Source: Takakia lepidozioides
Taxonomy: Eukaryota > Plantae > Bryophyta
Length of the DNA: 64,000 bases
NCBI GenBank assembly: GCA_030704615.1
Contig: CM060731.1
Span: forward strand, 87,854,001 to 87,918,000
Direction: 5' to 3'
Shown: one piece after another, positions 22,936-35,650 of the stretch
How positions within the stretch are numbered: the first letter of the stretch is position 1
How the letters are laid out: every line of letters begins with the position of its first letter
Program-made: the position numbers and the translations under genes
The notes under the pieces: generated by a model
What the model saw: only the letters and a program-made list of their open reading frames with translations
What the model was told of the DNA's origin: nothing
The model's database searches: none

Positions 22936-23794
22936 TGTTAACCGCTGGTTTATGACTTAGACAAAACAAGCTCTCAGCACTACTGCCCATCTCCCAAGAC
23001 ATGCAACAGAGGTTGTCCAACGGTATGCTTGCAGAAACAATTACAAAGTAATCGTTTAAAGGATAGCTAAACCGTGGCCGTCGTATGAATCAATATCTCT
23101 ACAGGTTGCTTAATCCTATTGATTAAGCCCAACCTACAATCTCATTGGCCTAAAAGAGCTTAGTCGGAAAGACTGAAGCCTCTTTGTTCATACAATCAGA
23201 TGGTAGTCAAGACAAAACAAGAGCTATTCTGAGATGATACACATTCTCACCATCTCACCTTCTCTCATAATGCACATTCTCTCCATCTCACGTTCACTCT
23301 ACACAGAGATATTTCGAATAGCATGGCTTTACTTCAGAGTTCATCACATCATAGCATAAATACACATCGAATCACTCTGAGTCCACTGAATACACATTGA
23401 TCACTGATACCTTCTAAGTTGCGTGCAGCCCTTTTATACTATGCTCGAAAGAGCCGTTAGAGCCTGCAGTTGTTAATGATCGTTTGCCTAATTGCCTACG
23501 CAACCTAAAGGGTTTGCTAAAAAAGTGGCTCGTTGTAGTGGTCGTGTGCCATAGTGGTACACGGTCCACTACTTCCTCTATTAGTAAAATCCAATGCTAA
23601 CGTGGCCATGTGATATCGTGGTTCACAGCCCACGGTTGCTACACTACCCACTACTGCTCCGTGGTAATGTACCCTTGTTCCGCCATTTGCTAAGTAGCCT
23701 TTTCTGCCGGTGACCAGGTAGTGTACACCAATCACCACCCGGTATGTCCCGTCGTGACCCTCGCTGTCTAGCCCTCGTAGCTTAGCCATTATCA
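22936..23794 (-). repeat. 3' LTR of outer retrotransposon
   Basis: TGTTAACCGC...TTATCA; near-identical to 41540-42386. Confidence 0.95.
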
Positions 23795-23800
23795 TTTATT

Positions 23801-23815
23801 CCCCCCCCCTCTTTT
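23801..23815 (-). promoter_or_regulatory. Polypurine tract
   Basis: AAAAGAGGGGGGGGG on the minus strand, a few bases before the 3' LTR. Confidence 0.85.
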
Positions 23816-24009
23816 GAAATTGTGTCCGCACAATTTCGTCAGTTCCTGTGCTTGCTGTATCTCTTGGGGATGTAGGGTGGTGGCATGCCTGTCTGTTGGG
23901 TAGGAAGTGCGTCCCAGGATTGTCGTGGTGGCAGCTTCTTGTTTCTGTTGTCATCACTGTCTGGTTGCTCCTGTGGTTTATGAGTGGGCCAGCTTTCGTC
24001 ATCAGGGTG

Positions 24010-26591
24010 TTATGCTATTCCGTCCCCGCGTACCATGTCGATTTTGGTGGTCAGGGTTTCTTGGTAGGTTTGCAGCTCCTCCTTGGTCCAGGGTATAATG
24101 TTTTTAGTCGCCTTGCTACCCATTAACCAGTTAATAGCTTGCGTCCCTATTTCTCTGAAAAGGTGGTCTCTGTCTAAGACCAATGGTGAAAAGTGGTCTT
24201 TTGCCTGGTGCCATGCTTCAGCATATAGTGGTCTGTTCATATATGTTGAAGTGCCTGCTACTCTATCTGGTGGCTGGAATTTGGGTAATTCCCAGTGAGT
24301 ATATTTTTCAATACTCTCATAGCGCTGCCAGCTTCCCCTCATTGTCACGAACATCCGGTACAAGTAACTGCCAAAAACTTGGGCAGCCCATTACAATGTC
24401 TACTGTCGGGGTAGGATTAATCTTCAATTGCCCCACTGCCCACATGTAAGCGACCAGCTCCTTGTACTCCAGGGGAGCCTGGCGCCAGAATTCAACCAAT
24501 TCTGCCCCTGACCATGTCTCCTCCCTAGCCAGTGGCCTCATCCTGTATCTCAAAGATATGAGAGTTTGATTGAGCAGATGCAATTGACCCAATGATCTGC
24601 AGGGGGGTAAGGTTTTGAATACCTTTTCTAGTATTTCTGGGATTTGGTGGGCTGGGACTACCATCATTTTAAAGTATTCCTCTACTTTAGCCACTCCCCA
24701 TCCTGCTTGCATGGCATGATTTGGAAATCATCCACTGCTACAGAAGTTGATGCCACCAAAACACTTGGTAATGATACGGGGTTTACCTCTTGAGTAGATG
24801 GCCCTGCTGTGGCCTGTACCAGTGCCTGTTGACTTTGTGGTGGTTGTGTTGTTGGTGGTGTTTGTGCTAGTGTTGTTGTTGTTGATTGTATTGGAGCTTC
24901 TTATTCATGGTCTTGCTCCTCTTGATCGTCTTCGTCCATGAGCTCATCTTGTTCTGGAATTGGTGGCAGAAATTCCTCGTGAATGTCTGTCACCAACTTC
25001 ATCAATTGATATTTCATTTGTCTTACCATTGCCCTGTTGAGTTTCTTCATTTCCAGTTCACTCCCTTCACTCAACCAGGCTCTGGCCAAGGCTGCGTCTG
25101 CTGCGTCCAGGCCTGCTTGCAGTGTCAGCTTCTCCAGCTGCTGTTTCCATTCTTGTTCATTGCCCATGGAATGTCTCTTTCTGTGGTGGTTGTGAACAGC
25201 CTGCTTTCAGCATTTTCCCTTTCCCTCAGCAGTACAGTGTTGCATGAGAGCCACTTGCTTCCCTGGTCTTTGGCAGTCTTCAGCTGCCCCTTGAGTGTAT
25301 CCACTTGCTCCTTAAGTGTCTGGACCTGTCCTGTGAGCATTTCCTCCTCTGTCTCCGTTTTCCGAGATCGCTCTCTTTCTGCATCGAGGTCGGCTTGGAC
25401 ATGGCGTGTTTCGTCTCTCTGTCTTTGCCACTTCTGTTCCCACTCGTCTCTGCGTTGTATCAAAGTGTTGTATTGGCGAAGTAAGGTTGTCTTTTGATCT
25501 TCCAACGATGCGATTGTAACCTCGTGGTTTCATACTGTTCTTGCTGTTGCCAATTCCCTCTGATGTTTCTCTTTGATGTGGTCTAAGATCATGCTAAGGT
25601 TCTCCGGGCTTACGTAATCCTTAGCCCTATCCATGCAAGTTGTTACTTGACCCAATGCTTGTATTGCCTGCAAAATTACATTATGTGGCGTTTCTTCCAA
25701 CCCTATGTCATATGCTGTTGTATCCAAAACCTGTTGTGCAAGTAGTAATTCCAAATTGGAATTATTGTCTTGCTGCTGCTGACTGTGTGCCTCTTGCACC
25801 ACCTGCTGTTGCTGCTGATTGTGTGCCTCTTGCACCATCTGCTGTTGCTGCGCCACTATGTCTCCCTCCTCTGTTCCTGGTTGTGTGGTCTCTGCAGGTG
25901 CTAATTGCTGGATTTTGGTGTTACCATGGCTAATTTCCAGGGGTGTTGCTTCATTGGTTTGTGGTTGGTTCCCTCCTTCTGGCTGTTGATTCTCTCATTC
26001 TCTCTGCAGTGTGGAATCAGCTGTCGAGTTGTAGATGTCCTCTGCTACTGCACTTGTGGTTGCTTCATTGATCCAGGCTCTCTTTGCAAGTCCGCCCTCT
26101 TCTTCTTCTTGACCTGCTGCCGTGTCACTTCCTTCTTCCTCCATCGTTTCTACCCGCTGCATAATTCCCAACGTCGTTTGCTCTTCGGGTGTCAGGTGTA
26201 CAGTGTGTCGAATCATTTGGAGTAACAAGGGAGTAGCCATGGTAACAGTCGCTTCCTTCTTCTTCTTTGTCAACCGGGTCAATTCTTGGGTTAACTTCTT
26301 CAATAAGAAGCTTGCCCAATTCACGATTTGCCCATTGAGGCAAATCAGCACTTAATCGATTAGCTCATTGGTGCAGTAGTGGTGGTTTTGCCTGAGGCAA
26401 AGCAACGTGCTAAGTACCGGGGCTATCTTCTTAAAGCCGGGATTTTTGCTGTGACTGCATGTGTAGCCCTGATTGGCTTCGTTGAGATTCTCAAACAGGT
26501 CCGCAAGTACAAACCTTGGAGGTTTGCCGTTGTGCGCCGGTACGTCTAGACTGGGAAGGTGAAACACTTCCGCCAAGTACTTCTCCATCAA
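24010..26591 (-). pseudogene. Additional degraded ORF(s) between pol and the 3' LTR (Q-rich/coiled-coil plus Athila/Tat-like accessory segment)
   Basis: Series of broken minus-strand ORFs (LICLNGQIVNWASFLLKKL; MAQQQQ; heptad-rich segment; W-rich C-terminus). Confidence 0.55.
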
Positions 26592-26647
26592 CAGAATCTG
26601 TGTGTCATGGACATTCCCTTGATTACCGTGTATGGCTTACTTTTCAT

Positions 26648-27985
26648 TTAAAGCTTTCTCCTGTCATCTTTTGTGTAGTCTTTAGGATCTTTCCCTGTGT
26701 TTAGATAATATTTGATTGGCCATTGCCAATCGTCTTGATCTTGATTCTGAATGTCTTCTGACTCTTCCTTGGTAACTGTATAAGCTCCAATACTGATATT
26801 GGCCAATTCTTGATTGTCTGTTTCTTCGTTTTCCTTGTCATCCTCTTCTTCTGGATGTGGCTCTTCCTCAATAATAGGTCCTTCATCAAGAGGTTCATCT
26901 TCATCTGATGAGTCCTCTTCTTCATCAGTGTCATCCATGAGTTTAAGAGCATCTAGAAGGTCATAGTCTCCTTGAAACACTCCCAGAGCGTCTAGAGGAT
27001 CTGTCTCTTCATCTTGTGCTTCTGGTTGAACAACAAATAGAAATGCGTCGGGGAGTTGATCCTCTACTCCCGTGGCTGGTTCTCCTGTAGTAATCCTTGA
27101 CAGATGATCTGCTGTAACATGTAATCTTCCTGGTTTGAACAACTTCAAAATCATCTTCATGAAGAAGTAATAACCATCGAGCAACCCTGCCACTAACTAG
27201 TGGTCGATTTGCTAAATGAACTAGAGCCTGATGATCAACAATAAACTTAAAGCGATTGCCAAGTAAATAATGCCGAAACTTTTGAACAGCATAAATCATT
27301 GCCAATGCTTCCCTTTCTGTGGTGCTATAGTTCTTCTCGGCTGATGTCAACAATCTGCTTGCATAATAGATTGGTGAATCTATTGTGCCCGTCACATTCT
27401 GAGCTAGAACTGCCCCCAAAGCAATGCCTGATGCATCAATGTGTACATGAAATGGTAAATCCCATTTTGGATTTATCAGAATTGGTGCTGCTGTGAGTGC
27501 CCTTCTTAGTGAATCAAATGATTCCTGGCAAGCTGGAGACCATCGGTATTCGGCATCTTGCTTCAGCAGTCTATAGACTGGTGCCGCTCTGTGAGCATAT
27601 TTGTCCATGTACCTTCTGTAATGGCTTGTCTGTCCCAGAAATCTCTTGAGTTTATTGGGATTTTCTGGTGGTGGTATTTTCTGGATAACCTCCACTTTCT
27701 TTGGATCCACCAGAATTCCCTGTTGGCACACAATGAGTCCCAACAATAATCCTGAATTCACACAAAATGTACATTTTTCCCGATTGAGACTTACTTTATT
27801 GTTTATGCAGGCTTGAAGGCAAAGTTTTAACTGTGCCAAGTGTTTGGATTTCTGTCCGAAGACACTGAAATCATCCAAAAATACCTGCATAAAATCGTTG
27901 AGATAATTCTTGAATATCTCAGATACTTCTCGCTGAAACGTGGCTGGTGCGTTGCAAAGTCCAAATGGCATGACTTTTGTCGAGC
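26648..27985 (-). pseudogene. Outer element pol: RT C-terminal half and RNase H; integrase deleted
   Basis: VMPFGLCNAPATFQR..FLDDF..HIDASG..YSTTEREALA..DHQAL..ADHLSR; breaks off after WQWPIKYYLNTG. Confidence 0.92.
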
Positions 27986-28431
27986 GGCTTTTACTCACCC
28001 ATCCCTTCACTATCCGAGGTGGAAACTCCAAGATAGAGGAGTTGGATATCTCTAAGCACTCAGCCCGCTCAGAACAATCAGTCATGACCTACAGCTAGTG
28101 AATCATGGTTGTGCTTCATATTTGTAGTTCTTCTTACCTTCATGTTAGCAATTTACCTTACTGTGTATACTGAAGCATCAGATTGCTTCAGTATCTACCA
28201 GGTTCCATTCACTCATCCATTCATTCCACAGCTTCACTCATGTCTCTCTACATAGTGTGCTTATATCGAATAAGTATCAGATTATGATTTATCAGGTATC
28301 AGGCCAATGCCATGGTGTCTCTAATTTGCCCTACAGTATCACTACAGCTTTGCATGTAACAAGCATCTACTGTTCATCTTTCCTCCTTCACCGTGCTCTC
28401 CATCCATGCTCACCTGTTCTTGCACTCCGCC

Positions 28432-29525
28432 TGATGCTATTCGCAGACAAAAAGGATGGGACGCTGCGGATGTATGTCGACTACAGGGCTCTGAATAAGG
28501 TGACTATCAAGAACCGATACCCTTTGCCAAGAATCGACGACCTCTTTGATCGGTTGGCAGGAGCGAAGTATTTCAGCCGGATCGATTTGCGCTCCGGCTA
28601 CCATCAAATCCAAGTGGCAGAAGGAGATGAGGAGAAAACCACGTGCAGGACAAGATATGGTTTGTATGAGTTCTTGGTGATGCCTTTTGGCCTCACCAAC
28701 GCACCCGCGACCTTTAGCACGCTAATGAACAGCCTTTTCCAGGAGTGGCTGGATGACTTTGTGATTGTGTACATCGACAAAATCTTGGTGTACTCGAAAA
28801 CAAAGGAAGAGCACTTGGAGCACCTCAAAAGGGTATTCCAGAAATTGCGGGAAGGGAAGCTGTATGCCAAAGCTTCAAAGTGCGAATTCGGGGTCACAAA
28901 AATGGAGTTCCCAGGGCATGTGATTACACAGGATGGGATCAAAATGGATGACAGAAAGGTGAGGGCGATCTTGGACTGGGAGCCCCCGACTTCGGTCCCG
29001 GGAGTGCGATCCTTCCTAGGAGTCTCCTATTACCGGAAGTATGTGAGAAATTTTGCCACGATCGCGAGGCCGCTGTCAGACCTCCTGTGTAAATCCAAAG
29101 TCTGGGTATGGAACACCTTTTGTGGCCAAGCTTTTGCCGAGTTGAAGTAGCGGATGGCGGAAGCTCCAGTCCTCAAAAATTCCGGAGTTCGACCGTCCAT
29201 TTGAGATCCATACAGATGCGTTGGACTTCGCGATTGGGGGTGTACTTATGCAAGATGGATGTCGAGTGGCTTACAAAAGTAAGAAACTAAATGAAGTGGA
29301 GCGGCGGTGGCCGACGCACGAGAAAGAGATGAAGGCGGTGGTGCATTGCCTTGAGCTTTGGCGCCACTATGTTGGTTCCAACCCGGTGAAGGTATTCACG
29401 GACAATGTCACGGTGAAGTATTTTGCCACGCAGCCTACGTTGTCCCCAAAACAACTTAGGTGGCAAGATACTTTGGCGGTGTTCAACATGGATATCCAGT
29501 ACAAACCGGGATGGGACAATGTGGT
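28432..29525 (+). pseudogene. Chromovirus D reverse transcriptase and RNase H
   Basis: [41 protein letters not shown](K)IL; IHTDA..WPTHEKE..FTDN. Confidence 0.93.
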
Positions 29526-31120
29526 TGTCGCGCACCTCACTTCGGTAAGCTCCCCTTCAAGTCATAGTTACTCGCTTTGATGTGTGCGCCTAGCTCCCAA
29601 CCTGGCCGCCGGGCCAACTCGGAGCTTCGGCTGCTCACCGGGACATAACGGTCCCCCTTTACTCCCCCAACAGACCCTCCACCAATTTGGGCCTAGTGGA
29701 AATTCCCTTTGGTAGATGGGAGCCCGGAATAGCTCCCCACTCCTTGGTCGCTTTCCGGCTCGCTCGCTTACTCACTAGTTTTTGGTCACCAACGGGCTTG
29801 CACCGTTCTCGGGGTTACTACTCCCTATGTATACTTCTGTGACTGTCCGCGGGGGTTTCACAAACAACCATGCCATTTTATGGCGAACCACCACGAAGAC
29901 CCTCGATTCCCGGTGATGAGTCACGGTGAGTCTTGGCCCACCCACCACGGCCCCATTGGACCGTGATGAGTCCCAAGACTCCCCACGACTCCCACCACTA
30001 GGTCTCCGCCCCATGGTGAGTCCTATGCCAACCCCACTAAGTCCCGCTAAGCTACCACGACCCCTTGTGGAGCCACCCCCCACCGCAACCCGGTGTGCGG
30101 GGCTCCATCTAGTGAGCGTCTCCGCCTCCTTGAGTGCCTTGGGCACTCAAGGGTGCTTCAGCCCCCCGTACCTATCGCTGCCACTGCCCCCACCACAGGG
30201 GCAGCCCCTTCTGCGTCCCGACCCCCTGCCCTGAAGGCAAAGGGCCGCGACACACACCCCTACCAACAGAGAGTCGATGTCCTCATTGACTTATCCATTT
30301 TGTAGAAACGAACATCCAAGTTGTGGCGTCCCACATCAAGGAGTTTGTTTCCGTACCATGGCGTCCCATGGCAAAGAACCAAACCCCACACTTGACTCTA
30401 CTCTCCACTAGCTAGTTCGGCCGACTTCCTCCAAATCCCGGCCAAGGGTGGAGCCTCTCAAGCTCCTCCCAGTGCACTCTTCTTGGCCCACTTCACGGCC
30501 AAGGAACGATCCTCCCCGAGGATCGAATCGCCTTACAACAATATTGCTTGCGACGGCTTATGATGCCGCTTTTGGTATCACCTTGAGCAAAGGTTCACCT
30601 CGAACCCTTTTCGACTAGGCAGATAACCTTGAACCAACCGTGCACCCCAATCACTACAATTGGGTCCGCCTTGGAATGCTGGCCTGAGGTACGGGAACAC
30701 GCCAAAGCCGCACTATGACTTCGTCCCGAGGCTACACGATTATAGTACATGAACAGAAGCACGTAGCTTCCGTGTTAGCCCGCACTACAAGGCAACCCCC
30801 TCGGTAGCGCAGTTATAGTACACGCACGCGCCAGGTGCGCACTAGCATGTGAACTCCCAAAGAAGGCGCAAGTTTCCTTGCCCCTTGGATGGGAGTCACC
30901 CGATTTCGGCACTGCGCAAACACACGATTAATCCAATTTACCTCTCCCACTTTTATAAGCTAGCATGCATTCTACACACTAGCCAACCATACCATGCATC
31001 ACCATTCCAAACAAAATAGGAGGCACAACATTTGGGAACCATGTCTTTTATAACAAAATTTGTACAATATAAGTTTTTGCAATCGGATTCCTGAGCTAGC
31101 TAAGCCGGGCTAAGCATGCA
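29526..31120 (-). repeat. 3' LTR of chromovirus C
   Basis: TGCATGC...GCGACA on the minus strand; inverted copy of 37189-38775. Confidence 0.93.
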
Positions 31121-31154
31121 TTTCCTCCCCCACGCTCCAAGGTTGATGTCCCCA

Positions 31155-34100
31155 TCAACGCTTCTTTCGCTTTTGAGGTCGTCCTTCGAAAGCTGCAACC
31201 GCCTCGGATGCGTTTCCCATTTCTGAGGCACGCACCCAAGATGCCTCTACATGATGATAGCCCTTCCATTTCATGAGATACTCCATTTCTTGATTCTTGA
31301 ACCTCCTCGACTTAAGCACTGCCTCCACCTCGTACTCAGGTTCATTTTCATGATCCAACAGCACAGGTGGCGGACGCAACACTTGATGCCGATTCGGACG
31401 CGCTTCATCTTTGAAGTACGGCTTCAAAAGGAGACTTGGAATACCGGATGCACCTTGCTGTTTGCCGGCAGCTCCAATTCATACACATCCTCATTCATAA
31501 CTTTTCGGATGCGAAAGGGTCCCGCATATGGAGGTACGAACTTCGGACTCACTTCCGGAGGTAGTCGAAAATTCTTGATGTTCAACCAGACCTCCGTGCC
31601 TGCTTCAGACTTAACTTCCCTCCGCTTCTGATTCGCCTGCCGTTCATACCGTTTCCTAGCTTTGGCAATGTTGTACTTTGCGAGCTTCAACAAACGCTCG
31701 CGTTCTTCCAGCACCGCTGCTGCTGCCGGTTCCTCAACGTCTTAGGCGGCCCAACTTGTCGGCACCAGAGATGCTTTTCCATAGACCAATACAAAAGGGG
31801 AAACCCCCGTTGCGGAGTGTTTTGTGTTATTATAACGGAACTCTGTCGCGTCCAAGTGCTCCACCCAGTCTGATTGGTCTGCCGACACATAATTCCGCAA
31901 GATCTGCTTCACCACGGAATTCACTCTTTCTGTTTGGCCGTCCATCGTAGGTCGGAAGGCGGTGCTCATCTTGAGCCTCATCCCCATCTTCTTCCAAAGT
32001 GCCCTCCAAAATTTACTCGTAAACTTTGGATCGCAGTCCGAGTCAATATCCTTCGGGAGTCCATGATGCTTGAAGACGTGGGTGAAGTAAAGTCGCCCCG
32101 TCTCCTGCGCCGTTGTCGTCTCCTTGGTGGGGATGAAATGGCCCATTTTACTGAACCTATCCACCACCACCATGATCGCATCGAATCCTTTTGACAGTGG
32201 CATAGTAGTCATGAAATCCATCGAGACACTTTCCCAAGACCCCTCTGGAATCAGCAAGGGTTGTAACAGCCCCGCTTGCTTTTTGTACTCGCTCCGGTTT
32301 TGTTGGCATGTGGTGCATGTCTTGACATACTCCTCGGCCTCCTCCCTTAGCTTGGGCCAGAAATACTCTTTCATCAAGAGTGCTGCGGTGCGCTTGGCTC
32401 TGCCGTGGCCCGCAAGCGGGCCATCATGACATTCTCTCGGGAGACTATCTCTGATCCCTCCCTTCGACACATAGAGGCGCTTTTGCTTGTACCGGAGTAG
32501 TCCATTGTGCAAGTGGAACTGCGATTTAACCCCCATCCTCAAGTCCCGCATCACGGACTTTGCCATCTCATCCTTTCGGTAAGCCTTCCGGATATTCCTT
32601 TGGAGCACCGTCTCGCCCCTGTACACCAACATAAGCTGCTGCTTTCTACTTAAAGCTTCGGCCACCACATTGTCTCGTCCCGATTTGTACTAGATATCCA
32701 CGTCGAAGACCGCCAAAGTATCTTGTCACCTAAGTTGTTTTGGGGACAACTTAGGCTGTGTGGCAAAATACTTCACCGTGACATTGTCCGTGAACACCTT
32801 CACCGGGTTGGAACCAACATAGTGGCGCCAAAGCTCAAGGCAATGCACCACCGCCATCATTTCCTTCTCATGCGTAGGCCACCGTCGCTCTACTTCATTC
32901 AGTTTCTTACTTTCGTAAGCCACTGGACGTCCATCCTGCATGAGTACACCCCCTATAGCGAAGTCCGACGCATCCGTATGAATCTCAAATGGACGTTCGA
33001 ACTCCGGGATTTTGAGGACTGGAGCTTCCGCCATCCGCTGCTTCAACTCGGCAAAAGCTTGACCACAAAAGGTGTTCCATACCCAGACTTTGGATTTACA
33101 TAGAAGGTCTGACAGCGGCCCCGCGATCTTGGCGAAATTTCTCCAAAATCCCTTTGATCCAATCTGGGCTCGGCTCCCCATCACCTTCTCCTTTCACTTG
33201 TCTTACGTAAAGCAAAAACTGGGGCTCGTGTGACTCCTCCACAGCCCACTCCCTTGTTGACAGAAGGTTTATTTGCCCTCCCACGGGGTTGGGCGTTTCT
33301 GACACTCGCAAAACTTCGCCACCATTCCTACACGGTAGCGTGACTACTCTCTTGCGGCCATCTATGACCGCTCCGGATCTGCTCAAAAAGGTCATCCCCA
33401 AAATGAGATCCACTCCCTCAATCTCGCAAATGGTGAAGTTCTCACGTCCCTCCCAACTCCCGAGCTGAAGAGGAACATCGAACGCCAACCTCGTCGCCAA
33501 TTGCGGTTCTCCTTTAGCAGAATGCACCTCAATAGAGGCCCCCATATCACTTGTCGGGAGTCCCAACTTCCGTGCCGTTGCCGGTGTCATGAAGGAGTGC
33601 GACGCTCGTGTGTCCACCAACAACGACACGTTAGTTCCGGAGATTATCCCACTCACAAACATTAACTGATTCCCTTTACGCAAGGCGCCAGTTTCTTGAT
33701 ACAACTCACAAGAGTAGTTGCCTACCTTGCAAGTCTTGGCGACCACCGCCTCCACCAAACGGCTGATGGAAGCTTCGGACAACTCCGTGGTTGCCCGAGT
33801 CATGTTCAATTATTGGGGATTCGTACATTTCTTGGCCATGTGCCCGGGCTCCCCACAATTGAAGCACACTCCATCAAAGGTCGCCTTTTGTCCGCCATAA
33901 GGCATCGCACTTGATTTTCCTTTCGGAGCACCGGGTGTCGTCTTGGCGTGTGAAGGCCCTCCCTTCGATTTCCACGTGCCATTGTCGCCGCGTGGCCTAT
34001 CCCACTTCTTTTCCGGTCGAAAGGAGTCACCCTCTCACCGGGTCTTCTTGTGGTTCAGCTCCGTATGGCCTTGTCTTTCGCCCCTAGGGACATCCGAGAA

Positions 34101-34900
34101 ACATTCAGCCTTCTCAATTGCCTTGTTCAAAGTCTTAGGTGGCTTCTCCTCCAACTTCCGTCTGGCCCATGGGGCCAGTCCCGCCACAAAGTTGAAGACC
34201 ATTTCTGGTTCTGCCATGTCCGCGACTTCGAGCAACAACACATTGAAAGCCTGAACATCATCCGTTTGCTTCAGATTCCTCATCTTGTCCCGGGCAAGCC
34301 AGGACGCGTTGAGGGGCACAAACTGTCTCTATATCAGTTCCTTGAACCCACTCCAGTTCAAGGTTTCCGGGTTTGGACCTCGGTCGTGAAGGCGTTTTTG
34401 CCACCATTGTTGAGCATAGCCTCTCAAATAGGTGGGAGACACTTCCACCCGATCCTCGTCACTCAACTTGGCCGCCCGGAAGTACTGCTCTAGCTTCAAG
34501 AGCCAGGTGTTGAGTGCCTTCCGATTTCGGACACCCTCGAAGGTGCCGGGTTCCTAAGGCTTCACCTTAAACTTTGCCTTAGTGGAAGTGGCATTAGCCG
34601 CCCTCAACATGTCTTTCAACGTCCCGCCAAACTGCGCCAACAACCCTTCCCAAAAGGCTGCTGGCATGGGAGGCATCTGTTGGTTTGTCCGAGCTCTCAG
34701 GGATTCCTCGGGCTCCGACTCCTTAGATTCCTCCCGTTCTTGAGTGGCCTCGTTTTCAAAAGCATGCATCGTTCCTCAAATGGCCGCTTTGGTGACACGT
34801 CGCCCCCATCGGGCTCACCAGGATCATCATCTTTCGGGCCGTTCCGCTTTCGCTTTGGCTTGCCCGACCCCATGATGAGGTCGATCCCAAGGACGATCAC
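31155..34900 (-). pseudogene. gag-protease-(RT deleted)-RNase H-integrase-chromodomain polyprotein of C
   Basis: Zinc knuckle CFNCGEPGHMAKKC; LVDT(R)ASHSF; IHTDASD; HHCC and SMDF..DGQTERVN; EYEVEAVL..YLMKWKGY..SW. Confidence 0.93.
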
Positions 34901-34913
34901 GTACTAAACTCTA

Positions 34914-34926
34914 AGCTCTGATACCA
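34914..34926 (-). promoter_or_regulatory. Primer-binding site, initiator tRNA-Met
   Basis: TGGTATCAGAGCT on the minus strand, next to the 5' LTR. Confidence 0.92.
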
Positions 34927-34928
34927 AG

Positions 34929-35650
34929 TGTCGTGCACCTCACTTCGGTAAGCTCCCCTTCAAGTCATAGTTACTCGCTTTGATGCACGCGCCTAACTCC
35001 CAACCTGGCCGCCGGGCCAACTCGGAGCTTTGGCTGCTCACCGGGACATAACGGTCCCCCTTTACTCCCCCAACAGACCCTCCACCAATTTGGGCCTAGT
35101 GGAAATTCCCTTTGGTAGATAGCAGCTCGGAATAGCTCCCCACTCCTTGGTCGCTTTCGGGCTCGCTCGCTTACTCACTAGTTTTTGGTCACCAACGGGC
35201 TTGCACCGTTCTTGGGGTTACTACTCCCTATATATACTTCTGTGACTGTCCGCGGGGGTTTCACAAACAACCATGCCATTTTATGGCGAACCACCACGAA
35301 GACCCTCGATTCTCGGTGATGAGTCGCAGTGAGTCTTGGCCCACCCACCACGGCCCCATTGGACCGTGATGAGTCCCAAGACTTCCCACGACTCCCACCA
35401 CTAGGTCTCCGCCCCATGGTGAGTCCTATGCCACCCCCACTAAGTCCCACTAAGCTACCACGACCCCTTATGGAGCCACCCCCCACCGCAACCCGGTGTG
35501 CAGGGCTCCACCTAGTGAGCGCCTCCTCCGCCTCCGCCTCCTTGGGCACTCAAGGGTGCTTCAGCCCCCCGTACCTATCGCTGCCACTGCCCCCACCACA
35601 GGGGCAGCCCCTCCTGTGTCCCGACCCCCTGCCCTCAAGACATAGGGCCG
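34929..35650 (-). repeat. Truncated 5' LTR of chromovirus C
   Basis: Matches 29526-~30247, then stops. Confidence 0.9.

Larger units (their letters stand above)
29526..35650 (-). mobile_element. Chromovirus copy C (same family as D), RT deleted, 5' LTR truncated
   Basis: 3' LTR 29526-31120, polypurine tract 31121-31131, chromodomain/INT/RH/PR/gag, Met primer-binding site 34914-34926, partial 5' LTR 34929-35650. Confidence 0.92.

Noticed and set aside
29775-30146. ORF conserved three times (also 35178-35549 and 38194-38526)
   Set aside because: It lies inside near-identical GC-rich LTR copies, so the conservation reflects recent duplication; no recognisable domain
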